The translations under genes and the position numbers were made by a program. Below, piece after piece: positions 49,887 to 60,479 of a stretch of DNA of 64,000 nucleotides; the first letter of the stretch is position 1; each line of letters opens with the position of its first letter. Location of the stretch: positions 1,568,001 to 1,632,000 of the forward strand of contig OY969706.1 in the NCBI GenBank assembly GCA_963702095.1, read 5' to 3'. The stretch is from Candidatus Bathyarchaeota archaeon. Its GTDB lineage: Archaea; Thermoproteota; Bathyarchaeia; Bathyarchaeales; Bathycorpusculaceae. The notes beneath the pieces are model-generated. The model searched no databases, was not told where the DNA came from, and worked only from the letters and a program-made list of their open reading frames with translations.

Positions 49887-50957
49887 CTAAGCCTTTTGCC
49901 TTAGCGCCATGGGCACGTAGGCGCATCTTAGATCCGAACCCAAAATGTCCCCTGTATAAAACAACGCTGCACTTCGGCATCCTCCGCAGATGTCGTTGTA
50001 TTCGCAGACGCCGCATTTGCCCTTGAGGTTGGCTTTGTCTTTGGCTTTGGTGAAGAATTCGCTGTTCTGCATGTTATCCCAGATTTGCCCAAGCGAGAGG
50101 CTTTCGACGTTGCCGATGCGGTAAACATCGTTGTAGCTGCAGGGGATGGCGTCGCCGTTCTCAGCTATGCTCATGAATTTGCCGAAGAAGCACCTGCCCA
50201 AAAAGAAGCCATTGTACCACTTATCGAAGTCTGGCATGCCCCGCTGCTTTGCCACCCGCGCGTAGAAGGGGATATAGACGTTGATGTTTGGTTTACCGTT
50301 GTAGCGTTGAGTTAAGTCGTAGAGTTTGTTGCAAGCCCACTCATACTGGGCGGGGGTAGGGTCAGCTTGGAGACATTCAGGTGTGTTGCTGTATGGGATC
50401 ATGCCGTGGAAAACTACCCAGCGGGCGCTAAACTTGTTGGCGAGGTCCAGCACATGCACCATGTCCTTTTCGTTGACGTTGGTTACGTCGCCGCGGTTTG
50501 CGAATGTGTAGACGAGCACGTTAAGTAAGCCTTCACGTTGAAACCGCTCGATGGCTTTAACCGCCGCCTCGTAGGCGCCTTCTCCACGGATAACATCGTT
50601 GGTTTTCGGCCCGCCATCGATGCTCACTGAGATTTTGGTTTTGTTTTTGATGATTTTCTGGATTATTTCTTCGGTTAGGAGACGGCCATCGGTGATTATG
50701 CTTGTGTTTAAGCCCTTGCTTGTAGCGTAGTCAAGTATTTCGAAGAGGTCTTTGCGTAGAAATGGTTCTCCGCCGGTGACGCCGAAGAAGGAGGCGCCGA
50801 ATTCGCTGACTTCGTCAACTATATGTTTAGCGGTTTCGGTGTTGACTTCGTCGGATACCGCTTTTTTGCCTGCTGAGATGCAGTGGGCACAGTTGCTGTC
50901 GCAAGCGAAAGTGCATCGCCAAGGAACGATAAGTAGTGGACCATTCTTCTTTGTCAA
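49887..50957 (-). CDS. Radical SAM/SPASM protein (NirJ/Ahb/PqqE-like)
   Basis: CDSNCAHC, TGGEPFLR, SIDG, PC, LKGKCGVCEY..ICGGCR. Confidence 0.88.
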   Translation of the reverse strand: MTKKNGPLLIVPWRCTFACDSNCAHCISAGKKAVSDEVNTETAKHIVDEVSEFGASFFGVTGGEPFLRKDLFEILDYATSKGLNTSIITDGRLLTEEIIQKIIKNKTKISVSIDGGPKTNDVIRGEGAYEAAVKAIERFQREGLLNVLVYTFANRGDVTNVNEKDMVHVLDLANKFSARWVVFHGMIPYSNTPECLQADPTPAQYEWACNKLYDLTQRYNGKPNINVYIPFYARVAKQRGMPDFDKWYNGFFLGRCFFGKFMSIAENGDAIPCSYNDVYRIGNVESLSLGQIWDNMQNSEFFTKAKDKANLKGKCGVCEYNDICGGCRSAALFYTGDILGSDLRCAYVPMALRQKA

Positions 50958-51094
50958 ATGACTCTACTCCTAGCGCTTATGTATGACACCTTTTTTATTG
51001 TATTTAAAGTTCACCCACCGCAGGTTTGGCGATCAAGAAGCGCCCAGCAGATTTTTAAATCCGTTAACAACTGTTCTTGGAAGGCGCATTTGTT

Positions 51095-51511
51095 ATGTCT
51101 AGGTTGAAAGGCAACGCAAAACTTCTCGAAAACACCCGTCTCGTAGCCGACAACGGCAGAGGGTACACTGTAATTTGCGATCTTCCCGAAGCACAAGGCG
51201 GAACTAATACGGGACCCACGCCGCTGGAGTTGGCGTTGATGTCATTGGCAGGCTGCGGAGTAATCATTTACGCGGAAGTTTGCAAGAACAGCAAAATTGA
51301 CCCGGGAAAAATCGAGGTAAATGTGGAAGCCGAAAAAATCCCGAACACTCCAAACGTTACAGGTGTAACCATGAAAGTCAGCATCGCTTCTAAGGTACGC
51401 AAGCCGTTGGTTGAGGCTGCTTGGCGCAGGACCGAAGCATCCTGCCCTGTAATGGTCGTCTATAAAGAGCAGGTGCCAGTGAAGGTGGAAGTTGACATAA
51501 AAATGGAGTAG
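51095..51511 (+). CDS. OsmC family protein
   Basis: D.P...GG...GPTPLEL.L.SLAGC and CPV. Confidence 0.9.
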   Translation: MSRLKGNAKLLENTRLVADNGRGYTVICDLPEAQGGTNTGPTPLELALMSLAGCGVIIYAEVCKNSKIDPGKIEVNVEAEKIPNTPNVTGVTMKVSIASKVRKPLVEAAWRRTEASCPVMVVYKEQVPVKVEVDIKME

Positions 51512-51609
51512 CCCCTTTAGCTTCTCTTGTCTTTTTTGCTCCATGTCTCAATGCTAACCATGGTTGCGTTTTTACGCAAAGTTATTTAACCGACCCCTCC
51601 AAAGTCAGT

Positions 51610-51798
51610 ATGGGAGAAGGGAGATTGACCGAAGACAGTGTATTCTACATTAAGCAAGCTAACTGCAAACATGATAGAGCACAGTTGTATAAGCAGCGGC
51701 GTTTTGACGTACTCAACGGTTTAGATGTTACCTTTACCCGATGCCTCAACTGCCACAAAATCGTAGCTTTAGACGCAAAAAAACTTGCCCAGCATTAG
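51610..51798 (+). CDS. Hypothetical small putative zinc-binding protein
   Basis: CKH..RCLNCH. Confidence 0.55.
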   Translation: MGEGRLTEDSVFYIKQANCKHDRAQLYKQRRFDVLNGLDVTFTRCLNCHKIVALDAKKLAQH

Positions 51799-52211
51799 GG
51801 CTCTTGGTCTTTGGCGTAGAGGTAGAGTTCCCCCTGCCTTAACAAATCCAACATGCGCTCTATCTGGGTAGTGGAGAGCTTGCAAACGTTGGGCTCCAAC
51901 AGAAACGGAAGCTGACTCGGCGCATCCTTGATTATATGCAGGTCTTCCCAGGTGATTTTGAGATCTTCAGAGGGAATATGGGTTTCAACATCCATAGCCC
52001 ATGTGCCAGCATCCAACTCGTCAGCACCAGTTGTTAAAGCTGTAAAGGGTCCCACCAAGGTTTTGTCGTCGGTATCATAGAGGAAAATAACTGAGCCCAC
52101 TTTGATAGATCCTTTGGGCTTGGTTTTTTCGTCTGCACATGTGTAATGTTTGGTGCTTAGGCATTTTTGGCGGGTGGATTTGTTACAGAAAAAAACGTAG
52201 CCATCGTACAT
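51795..52211 (-). CDS. DCD/PUA-like domain protein
   Basis: GYVFFCN..T...CL..IK.G..IFLY......L.GPF.A resembles the DCD domain. Confidence 0.65.
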   Translation of the reverse strand: MYDGYVFFCNKSTRQKCLSTKHYTCADEKTKPKGSIKVGSVIFLYDTDDKTLVGPFTALTTGADELDAGTWAMDVETHIPSEDLKITWEDLHIIKDAPSQLPFLLEPNVCKLSTTQIERMLDLLRQGELYLYAKDQEP

Positions 52212-52404
52212 ACAGGATACCTCTTCTAAAGAGAAAGGCTGGGCTCTTATTTGGGTTTGCTTTTTGAGATTTATTAAGCGGTGTTGTTCACCGATGAATC
52301 CACATTACCATTTATGCCATAATAACATAGAGTAATAGAGTACCGAAAAAGTGAACCTACGTTAGTAAGTCTCGCCCCTGCATTATTCACGTAGGCTCAA
52401 AAGA

Positions 52405-53061
52405 ATGATGAAAGCAATGAGTAAAAAATTCTCTGTTATTGCCTTTTTCTTGGCGACGCTTGTTCTAGGATTAATGATAACACAGGAGGCAAATGCACAA
52501 ACAGCCACTCCCACCCCGTCAGCATCGCCTACGCCCAGACCAACCGCAACCGCTACCCCAACGCCGACGCCAACTCCATCGCCGACTGCAACATCCACAC
52601 CCACCCCAACTCCTACCCCGACTCCACCGCCTACCGCAACCCCCACCCCCACGCCATCGCCGACCTCTACCCCAACACCAGCGCCCACGGCAACGCCAAG
52701 CCCAACTCCAACCGAAACATTTACGCCGGCACCGACGGCAGAACCCACCGTACGACCCACTCAAAACCCAACTGCCTCCCCACAACAAGCGACGCCTCAG
52801 CCAACAGCCGAACAGACGCCATCCCCAACTGAGAACCCGACCCAGATGCCGCCTATATACACGGCGCCAACAGCCACACCCAACTCAAACTCGACAGTAG
52901 TCGTCCACCCTAACACTGTTACTGGGAACGAACTTGTTTTCACTGGTATAGCTGGCGCAGTCACCATTATCATAGTCGTTGGGGTCACGTTGCTTCTTAA
53001 ACGTCGGCAGACGGGAGAGTCCGAGAAGTCAAGCGATGATTTAGATTTTGAAAGCCTATGA
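52405..53061 (+). CDS. Pro/Thr-rich mucin-like membrane-anchored surface protein
   Basis: Signal peptide, long (TP)n stretch, C-terminal TM helix and KRR. Confidence 0.8.
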   Translation: MMKAMSKKFSVIAFFLATLVLGLMITQEANAQTATPTPSASPTPRPTATATPTPTPTPSPTATSTPTPTPTPTPPPTATPTPTPSPTSTPTPAPTATPSPTPTETFTPAPTAEPTVRPTQNPTASPQQATPQPTAEQTPSPTENPTQMPPIYTAPTATPNSNSTVVVHPNTVTGNELVFTGIAGAVTIIIVVGVTLLLKRRQTGESEKSSDDLDFESL

Positions 53062-53128
53062 TTGCCTAAAGAGGCTCGACTGGAAAATTTATTAAAGCTG
53101 AATCCAAATTGATGCTATCTCATAAAGG

Positions 53129-54547
53129 GTGGAATGCGCTTTCAAAACTGTTTCAGTTGCTAAATTCGGCGGCAGCCTCCTAGATGCGGAAGGCAAACAA
53201 ATCCCAAAGATCATAGCTCAAATCACAAAAATCCAGCAGAAAGACGGTTTGGGACCAATAGTGGTGTTTTCTGCGCCCATGGGCGTCACGGATGCACTTA
53301 TCAAAATCGGTGAATCCCACGCTCAGGAATGCGGTTTACCCGTGGAACCAGTTTTCGAAGTCTACGAGCGCCTCGCAAAACTCTACGTTAAAGGCGACTA
53401 TGTAAAGCAAGCCCAAGAGGAACTTGCAAACTACAAAGCCCTAACACAGACCACCTTAGATGCCGTTAACAAACGGTTCAGCGGCAACATCAAAGCCCGA
53501 ACCCTCACGTTGGGCGGCGAACTTGCCATGGCGATGGTTATGGATTACATCCTGAAAAGCAACGGCTTAAACTCCACCTGCCACTCCATTGAAGAGTGGC
53601 CAATCGTAACAGACGACACTTTTGAAGATGCCTTGCCCAACTATGAGTTAAGCAAAAAACGCCTCCACTCCTTGACCAAGCCGCTGGAAGAAGGCAAGAT
53701 TGTTTGCTTAGCGGGATTCTTCGGCGTCACTTCAGACGGTTTAGAAACGGTTCTGGGCAGAGGAGGCTCAGACTTAACCGCTGTATTCATATCTTGCCTC
53801 TTAAAGGACACTTATGACACCAAAACTTTGCTCTACAAAGACGTGCCTGTGCAAAGCGCTGACCCCAAAGTTGTGCGGGGACAAAAAACCGAGCATGTCA
53901 AAGCCTTAACCTACAACGAAGCGCATAAAGCGTCGATGATGGGTATGAAAATCGTCATGAACCCCGCCATCGCGTTGGCACGCCGCTTTGGTCAGCCGCT
54001 GATGGTGGTTCCCATCGATGAACCCACGATGTATTCAGTCATTGAGGCACAGACCACTGGCGGCGAAATCGTCAAATGCTTAACCGGCAAATCAGGCTGC
54101 GCCATCCTATCGATGAGCGACGAAAAAAGCCACTCGTTCGAGGATTCCCTGCGGGTTTGGGAACGCAGAAACGACTTCATGGACCTCGGCGCCGAAACCA
54201 TGGAGACAGGCGAACGCATCCGCGACTTCCTATTTCTCGACGCTGATTTCCTTAGGAAAAACGAGGAAAAACTCAAAGGCTTCGACGAAAACCTAAAAAT
54301 CGAGTATGGGTTAGGCGTGGTCACCCTCATCGGCGACCGCATGAAAAACTCGCCGGGCGTCGCTTCACTGGCAATAGGCGCCATATCGGGCATAAACATT
54401 AAACGGGGTATTTTTGCGCCGCATACTTCGCAGATTATTCTTGTTGTGGAAGAGAAGAATGTTGGTGCAACGGTGGCGGCGATTCACCAGAAAAAAGCGG
54501 AGCTAAACAATGCGCCGCCGAACTGGCCCATAGGCTTTACACAGTAA
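53129..54547 (+). CDS. lysC: Aspartate kinase
   Basis: VAKFGGS, VVFSA..GVTD.L, GE, LGRGGSDLTA, SADPK.V, C-terminal ACT. Confidence 0.88.
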   Translation: MECAFKTVSVAKFGGSLLDAEGKQIPKIIAQITKIQQKDGLGPIVVFSAPMGVTDALIKIGESHAQECGLPVEPVFEVYERLAKLYVKGDYVKQAQEELANYKALTQTTLDAVNKRFSGNIKARTLTLGGELAMAMVMDYILKSNGLNSTCHSIEEWPIVTDDTFEDALPNYELSKKRLHSLTKPLEEGKIVCLAGFFGVTSDGLETVLGRGGSDLTAVFISCLLKDTYDTKTLLYKDVPVQSADPKVVRGQKTEHVKALTYNEAHKASMMGMKIVMNPAIALARRFGQPLMVVPIDEPTMYSVIEAQTTGGEIVKCLTGKSGCAILSMSDEKSHSFEDSLRVWERRNDFMDLGAETMETGERIRDFLFLDADFLRKNEEKLKGFDENLKIEYGLGVVTLIGDRMKNSPGVASLAIGAISGINIKRGIFAPHTSQIILVVEEKNVGATVAAIHQKKAELNNAPPNWPIGFTQ

Positions 54548-54627
54548 TCGCTCGGAAAATGATTCAGTCTGCTCTATCCCTAAAAAAGCCTCAAAAGCAA
54601 CCTTCGCAGTAGGTCTCAGTTGGGGTT

Positions 54628-54768
54628 TTTGTTTTTCTAGTTTAAGAAGAAGAGAGTCTTGCCTTTACTCAACATCTTCCTACGGGCTTGGCAGTCGGCT
54701 GTGTTTTGGGTTCTGTGTCTGGGTGGCGGTGCTGGCTGGTTGAGGTGTTTTTTACAAGCAGAACAGCG
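54628..54768 (+). repeat. Dispersed repeat family B, copy B4
   Basis: Aligns with 43138-43278 and 37450-37595. Confidence 0.85.
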
Positions 54769-54783
54769 GATTTTTGATCATGG

Positions 54784-55549
54784 TTATAGTAAAGGCGGTT
54801 CTGCACTTACGTTATGTCTCTCCAAAAGTTTCTTCAGAGTTAAACAGTTCCGTGGTGCGTTGGCGTTATAGTCATTGTTAAAGTACATTGTTAAAGTAGC
54901 ATAACATTTTCTTTGCGTTTTTCTGCTTGATTTTCTGTGCCCAAGCTGCCAACTGGTCGTCGGGGTAGTTGTACAGGTACCAACCGTCTTTGCCATGAAA
55001 CCGCGCATAAACAGCGCCGCCAGTCTGAATCAACTCTTCAGGCAGCTCGGAGGGGGAGACACTGCAGAAAACCAAGCCATGCCCATCCAAGAAATCGTAG
55101 ACTTCCCGGGTCCACCAGCTTTGATGCCTAAACTCCAACCCATTCAAAACCGAAGAATCCATCTGAGCCGCAATTGCTTCAAGCAACGCCAGGTCCTTGT
55201 GTACTGTCGGCGGCAACTGGAAAAGCACACATAGCAGCTTCTCTTTGAGCAGGTGGGCGAGTTGGTAAAAGTTTTGGGTGTACTGCTCGGTGTGCCTGAA
55301 CTTGTGGAGGTGGGTAATTATTCGGTTGGCTTTTAGGGTGAAAGCGAAGTCCGAGGGAGTTTTTGTGTACCAGCCCGTGAGGAGTTTTTCGGTGGGGTAG
55401 CGGTAGAAGGTGTTGTTTACTTCTAAGGTGTTAAAGTGTTGTGCGTAGTATTGGAGCCAACGGGTTTTCGGGAGCTCCGCTGGGTAAAAGGTTCCTCTCC
55501 AATGGTTGTAGTAGAAGCCTGAGCAACCCAGAAAAAGCTCAGCTGCCAT
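54784..55549 (-). CDS. DUF72 family protein, frameshifted by a 13-bp tandem duplication
   Basis: GCSGF.Y.HW...FYP, EVN.TFY, LFQLPP, EFRH.SW, RFHG, YFNN; duplication at 54873-54898. Confidence 0.88.
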
Positions 55550-55560
55550 CTGAAAATACC

Positions 55561-56328
55561 TTAGCTGTGTTGGAGGTGAGGAAGCACCCTCATCTCGGTG
55601 ACATCAACCCGTTTGGGACGCGTCAAAGCAAAAAGTATGACTTCGGCAATGTCTTCAGATTTAAGTTGCAGTCCCTCTTTCTCGAGGGGCAACCCATGGA
55701 TAGTTAGGCATACATGCCCCGGTTCAATAAGCGTCACCTTTATCCCTGCCTCGTTAACCTCCCTACGCAACGCCGACGCGAATCCTTCAATTCCCGACCG
55801 CGCCGCTCCGTACACGGAGCTACCTGCGACCCTAGGAGTAGGACTCATGGAGCCGACGACTACGATGTGTCCGCCCTTGCTTTTCATGCGGTCAACAGCT
55901 TCCTGAGCAATCCCCAAGTACCATAAAAGGTTGGTTTTGAGGATGTTTTCTTGGTCTTCAAGAGACATCTCCGCAATGGTTTCGGCGCCTAACGCAGTGT
56001 TAGCGACTAATATGTCTAGTCCGCCGAATTCTCGGTCAACGGTTTCAAATATTTTTTTGATGTCTTCCGTTTTGGTTGTGTCAGCTGTTAATCCGATGAC
56101 GCTGCCGACTTTGCCTATTTCTTGGATGGCGTCTTGTAGGATGGTTTCGCTTTTGCTGAAAATAAGCAGTTTAGCTCCCTTAGATGCAAGGAGGAGGGCG
56201 GTGGCGCATCCGATACCGGTTGTTCCTCCCGTAATAAGAACTGTTTTTCCCGTTAAATCCACTGTTTGGGTTGTGAGGTCCTCGGCTTTACAAGTGGTTT
56301 CTACAATTGCGCTTGCCAAAGTTTTCAC
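55561..56328 (-). CDS. Short-chain dehydrogenase/reductase
   Basis: TGGTTGIG, FGGLDILVAN, YGAAR (variant of YxxxK), VTLIEPG. Confidence 0.88.
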   Translation of the reverse strand: MKTLASAIVETTCKAEDLTTQTVDLTGKTVLITGGTTGIGCATALLLASKGAKLLIFSKSETILQDAIQEIGKVGSVIGLTADTTKTEDIKKIFETVDREFGGLDILVANTALGAETIAEMSLEDQENILKTNLLWYLGIAQEAVDRMKSKGGHIVVVGSMSPTPRVAGSSVYGAARSGIEGFASALRREVNEAGIKVTLIEPGHVCLTIHGLPLEKEGLQLKSEDIAEVILFALTRPKRVDVTEMRVLPHLQHS

Positions 56329-56493
56329 CTGAATCTTTTGTTGCTTACTTGGATATGGGTATACGAAACTTGGATAATATCGGTTTGTGACTGTAAAACC
56401 ACGCCAACACAGGGTTTAAAACAATATTACCTATGGATGGGTTGATACTGTAGCTTATACATCAGATTAGAGTGGATTGTTCTGTCTTCTATT

Positions 56494-57711
56494 TTGCATC
56501 GCCTATCCATTAGGCGTTCCCTTCTCTTTATGCTCGTTGGTTTAGCCCTTTTCATAGTGTACATTATTTTTGGGGTACGCTTGGAGCAGGTAACCCAGTT
56601 TCTTCAACAACTCAACTCGTTGCAATTTACTATCTTCTACATTTTGGCGCTTGCCGCCGTTTTAGCCTCGGTTTTCTTTTGGTCTGCCGCATGGAACACC
56701 ATACTTCGAACACTCTCGGTGGAAGTATCCTATCGACGGGCTTATCTTTACTATTGGGTCGGTTACTTCACCGATTTGGTTATTCCATGTGCCACAGTAT
56801 GCGGCGAATTAACCCGCATGTACCTTGTTGAACAGCAAACCAAGAAAAGCTATGGAGTACTGGCCGCTTCAGCCATAACCAACCGCATAGTCGCCTACAC
56901 TATAGTGACGATTGGACTCTACACTGGAACCATCCTGATTTTTCTAAAACCAAACACATCTCCCGTCTTGTTGAATGCGTTTATTTTGTTTGTGGTCGGC
57001 GTCACCGTTTACACTGCTGTTCTGCTCTACCTTGCCTTTGTGAAGCAAGCGGCAAAAAACCTTACAATGCTCTACCAGAAAATCATGAAGTTCCTCCGGC
57101 ATAAAACTTACCAAGATAGCACTCAAAAAACTAGCCAATCCCTAGCAAACTATTATCAAGGGTTCACGGTTTTCCGCCAAAACCCCCGGCTGCTAATAAA
57201 ACCGTTTATTCTAAATTTAGCCGCTTACCTTCTTGGGCTATCAGTTTATATCCTAATCTTCTATGCATTGGGCATTTCTGCGCCTTCGCCTGAATTCTAC
57301 ATAGTGATCTATTTCATTGCAACGGCGTTCCAGGATACAGCCGCAGTCCTATCAGTGGGTTCACTGGACATTGTTTTGGCAAGTGTTCTTATTTCGTATG
57401 GGTTAAACCCCGGAGTCAGCATTATCACTGCACTTCTGCTGCGGAGTGTGGGTTTTTGGTTTCCACTGTTTGCAGGGTTTGCCAGTGTCGAGTTGCTGGG
57501 GGCAAGAGAGTTAGTTTCTAAGTCGCCCACCAGCTCAGAAAACACTCCGAGGAAAAGAATGAAACAATCACCCTTTCGCTGTGGCCAGCAGAAGATGGGC
57601 AATCCCTCTGCATTTCCCAGTGACACTTTCACCGACCCCTCCCCCCATGCGAAAAGTCGTTTGGTGCGGTGCCTTAAAAGGACATTGGACATATCAGCAT
57701 CCGTGAAGCGT
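56494..57711 (+). CDS. Lysylphosphatidylglycerol synthase TM / flippase-like protein (stop apparently lost; reads into the next gene)
   Basis: Paralog of 2694-3767 (IP..TV.GE..R, LLLR...FW); low-complexity linker after about 57520. Confidence 0.75.
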
Positions 57712-57924
57712 ATGCCGCAAACCCAAGCATTAGCCGAAGACGACCTCTTGGTGTCTTTGACATTCCATAATTTTTCAGCGGAAATGCTAAAAGAATTCGC
57801 CCAGAAAATCGTTAAGCCCTACTTCAGGGGCAACATAAACGAGGCGGTACGGTCTCTTATGGAGAAAGCCATCCAAGAAGAAACACTCCTCAACCAAACA
57901 GTAATCGCAAAAGAATCTGTTTAA
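57712..57924 (+). CDS. Small RHH-like protein, in frame with the upstream ORF
   Basis: MPQTQ..LKEFA.KIVKPYF.GNINEAVRSLMEKAI. Confidence 0.55.
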   Translation: MPQTQALAEDDLLVSLTFHNFSAEMLKEFAQKIVKPYFRGNINEAVRSLMEKAIQEETLLNQTVIAKESV

Positions 57925-57975
57925 TGTCTTTGTCGGCGTAAGTTCTTATTATTCGCTGGTGCCTTATCTGCACTG

Positions 57976-58983
57976 GTGCCCTCCTTGACTGGACTACTTG
58001 ACCCCCTAAACGTCAACGGCATGACTCTTCGCAACCGCATAGTTATGCCTCCAATGCAGTCCGGCAGAGCCACCTTCAATGGCGAGGTCACCAACAAACT
58101 CATCAACTTCTACGTCCGCCGCTCATCCGCCTTGGGGTTGCCCATCGTGGAGCACGCTTATGTTTCGCCACTGGGAAAGATCGGACTCAAGCAACTAGGA
58201 ATCTACGACGACACACTTGTCCCAGGCTGAGAAAAACTTGCTTTGGGCATTCACTCTGTGGGCGCTCCAGCGGTGGTGCAAATCAGCCATGCAGGAGCAG
58301 TTGCGAGCAAGAAAATCATCGGCGCCACTCCAGTGGGGCCATGTGACCGAGACAAAGCAAGGATGCTGCAAAAAACCGAGCTCTACACGTTGGCGGAGGA
58401 CTATGCGTTGGCCGCGCAACGGGCGGTTAAAGCAGGCTTCGACGGCGTGGAACTCCACGGCGCACACGGCTACTTGCTAAACCAGTTCTTCACTCCACTG
58501 CTCAATAAGCGCACTGACGAATTCGGCGGTTCACTGGAGAATCGGATGCGGTTTCCATTGATGGTTGTGGAAAAGGTGCGCCAGAAACTAGGCGGCAGGC
58601 TTCTGCTGTATCGGTTGGGCTCTGACGATTTAGCGCCCAGTGGAACCCACATCGAAGACGCCGTTGTTTTTGCCCAAAGATTGCAGGAGGCAGGCGTCCA
58701 CATCCTTGACGTGTCAGGCGGCATGTGTGGCAGCGAACCCAAACAGCTACGTCAAATCAAAGGCTACTTTGTACCCCAAGCATATGAGGTTAAGAAGGCG
58801 GTTGGGGTGCCGGTTATCGGGGTGGGCGGCGTCACTGAACCGCAGTTTGCAGATCAACTGGTCAGCGAGGGCAAAGTGGATTTGGTGGCTGTGGGCAGGG
58901 CGCTGTGGCATGACAACCTGTGGCCTCAAAAAGCCGCCCAAACACTAAAGCATCCAACGCTGAATTGTCAAGGTCGAATGTGA
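57976..58983 (+). pseudogene. NADH:flavin oxidoreductase (Old Yellow Enzyme family) with in-frame TGA at 58228-58230
   Basis: LRNRIVMPPM, QISHAG, GFDGVELHGAHGYLL.QF, RTDEFGGSLENR; both ORFs share one frame. Confidence 0.85.
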
Positions 58984-59042
58984 CACACACACCGTTTAGT
59001 TATTCTTCAATTATATGAATGTGCATTGAAAGGGTGTCTTCC

Positions 59043-59321
59043 ATGAAAACCAAGCTTTCCCGACTCGAACTCTACCTAGAAATTCTGTCTTCGCTTGAGA
59101 AACTGCGATGCTCCAACCTAATCACCCTTCAAGAGGAAACCGAAGTGGAGCAGGCTTTCTTGGAGCAGGCGTTGGCTTTTTTGGAGAAAAACGATCTGGT
59201 ACAAAAAACCAAAGTTGAAAACCAAACCGTCTACAGCACAACACTGCGAGGCGAACGCATAACCAGGTATTTCACGCATAAAACGTTGGCTAAGACAGAA
59301 AACGAATTCAACCTCGCATAA
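59043..59321 (+). CDS. Winged-helix DNA-binding protein
   Basis: SRLE.Y.EIL..L..LE..DLV..Y.TT.RG. Confidence 0.75.
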   Translation: MKTKLSRLELYLEILSSLEKLRCSNLITLQEETEVEQAFLEQALAFLEKNDLVQKTKVENQTVYSTTLRGERITRYFTHKTLAKTENEFNLA

Positions 59322-59618
59322 CGCGATGGTTTTTTAGTTGTGCAGATTTGTAGCTTGCTCTTGATGTCCAGAGGCGTTACCCTAACCTTCCCTTGATTCC
59401 TTACTTTAAGGTCGCGTCTGCTTTGCCTTTTCAACAACCAATGAATGATCAACGGTGATTTTTCGATATGGTTGTTTTTCATTCCCTTTTTTGTCATGAG
59501 TCTTATCTTAAAAGCGGTTCCTTGAGGCTTTTTCGCTTTTTGCGTTTCGTTTGGCTTGCGCATACTCGTTCGGCGCTGGAAGCGAAGTAACAGCCTACGC
59601 TTATTATTTCAGTTCTGT

Positions 59619-60479
59619 CTAACTCGATATTAACCCTTTTTTTGCGATTTTAGAAACAAGGTAATTGACAAAAGCTGAGCATGCAACAAGCATAAATTTC
59701 GCTTCATCAAAGTCAGCTTTAATATTGTCATCTTTTAGGGCGTGTCTAATTCCATCAGCATCATTAGTATATCCATAAAGATTTTGGAAAGCTGTTTTGA
59801 GAGAAGGATGTAAAGCAATTGTTCCTTTATCTTCAAGCAATTTTAGAGCGGTGCCCAAAGTAGCTTTTTCATTCTTTGCAATAATTTTACAAATTGCTTC
59901 TACAGCTGAAATAGATTCTTTGATTGAATTCCGATAATCGGGCGACGTTTTGTCAGACATGAGTTCTAAAGATTTTTCTAAATGTAAATTAACTAACTTG
60001 AATGGTGATGTAATCGCTTGTTCAACTTCAATAATTTCTTGTTTGTTTGTCATAGGCACAATTTGTTTTCCAACAAATCGGTATCCTGAAAACTCTTTTT
60101 CTAACATATAATTGTTCAATAAAATAAAAGGTTCAATTTTTTGCTTGTTGGGATAATGGTTTGCTGTAAATTCTAACAAATTATAAATATCATACCATTC
60201 GGCTTTCGAGAAAAAGTATTGTCTCAATTTATTATATGCAGCGTTATAACTTTGTGGAATTAAATCAATTGGCTCCTTGAAGAAGGAGAGGTATAAAATT
60301 GTCAAAAAATTAGTCATGTCATCTGATTTGAGGTCTTGCCATCCAGCGCTCATAGGTTGCCTTGTTAAAAGGTCAGCGAAAGTATTCCAGAGACAATTCT
60401 TTAATTCTAAATCAATGGATTCAACTTGAATTGCAACCTTTGGCTTTGTTATCCCCATTCTGTCTGAAAACTTACTCAT
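59619..60479 (-). CDS. AbiJ-NTD4-like protein with putative HEPN-like C-terminus
   Basis: FS.RMG..Q.ES....L.N.LWN, W..IY..LEF, DYRNSIKESISAVE, LYGYT....GIRHA; AT-rich. Confidence 0.7.
   Translation of the reverse strand: MSKFSDRMGITKPKVAIQVESIDLELKNCLWNTFADLLTRQPMSAGWQDLKSDDMTNFLTILYLSFFKEPIDLIPQSYNAAYNKLRQYFFSKAEWYDIYNLLEFTANHYPNKQKIEPFILLNNYMLEKEFSGYRFVGKQIVPMTNKQEIIEVEQAITSPFKLVNLHLEKSLELMSDKTSPDYRNSIKESISAVEAICKIIAKNEKATLGTALKLLEDKGTIALHPSLKTAFQNLYGYTNDADGIRHALKDDNIKADFDEAKFMLVACSAFVNYLVSKIAKKGLISS

Noticed and set aside
52500-52890. Thr-Pro repeats as a DNA tandem repeat or contingency locus
   Set aside because: Codons vary between units, so the repeat is maintained at protein level (linker or stalk)
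30334-58983. Genome-wide TGA reassignment or selenoproteins
   Set aside because: TGA ends several intact genes, the interrupted positions are not Cys-like, and no Sec machinery or TCA-anticodon tRNA is in the window
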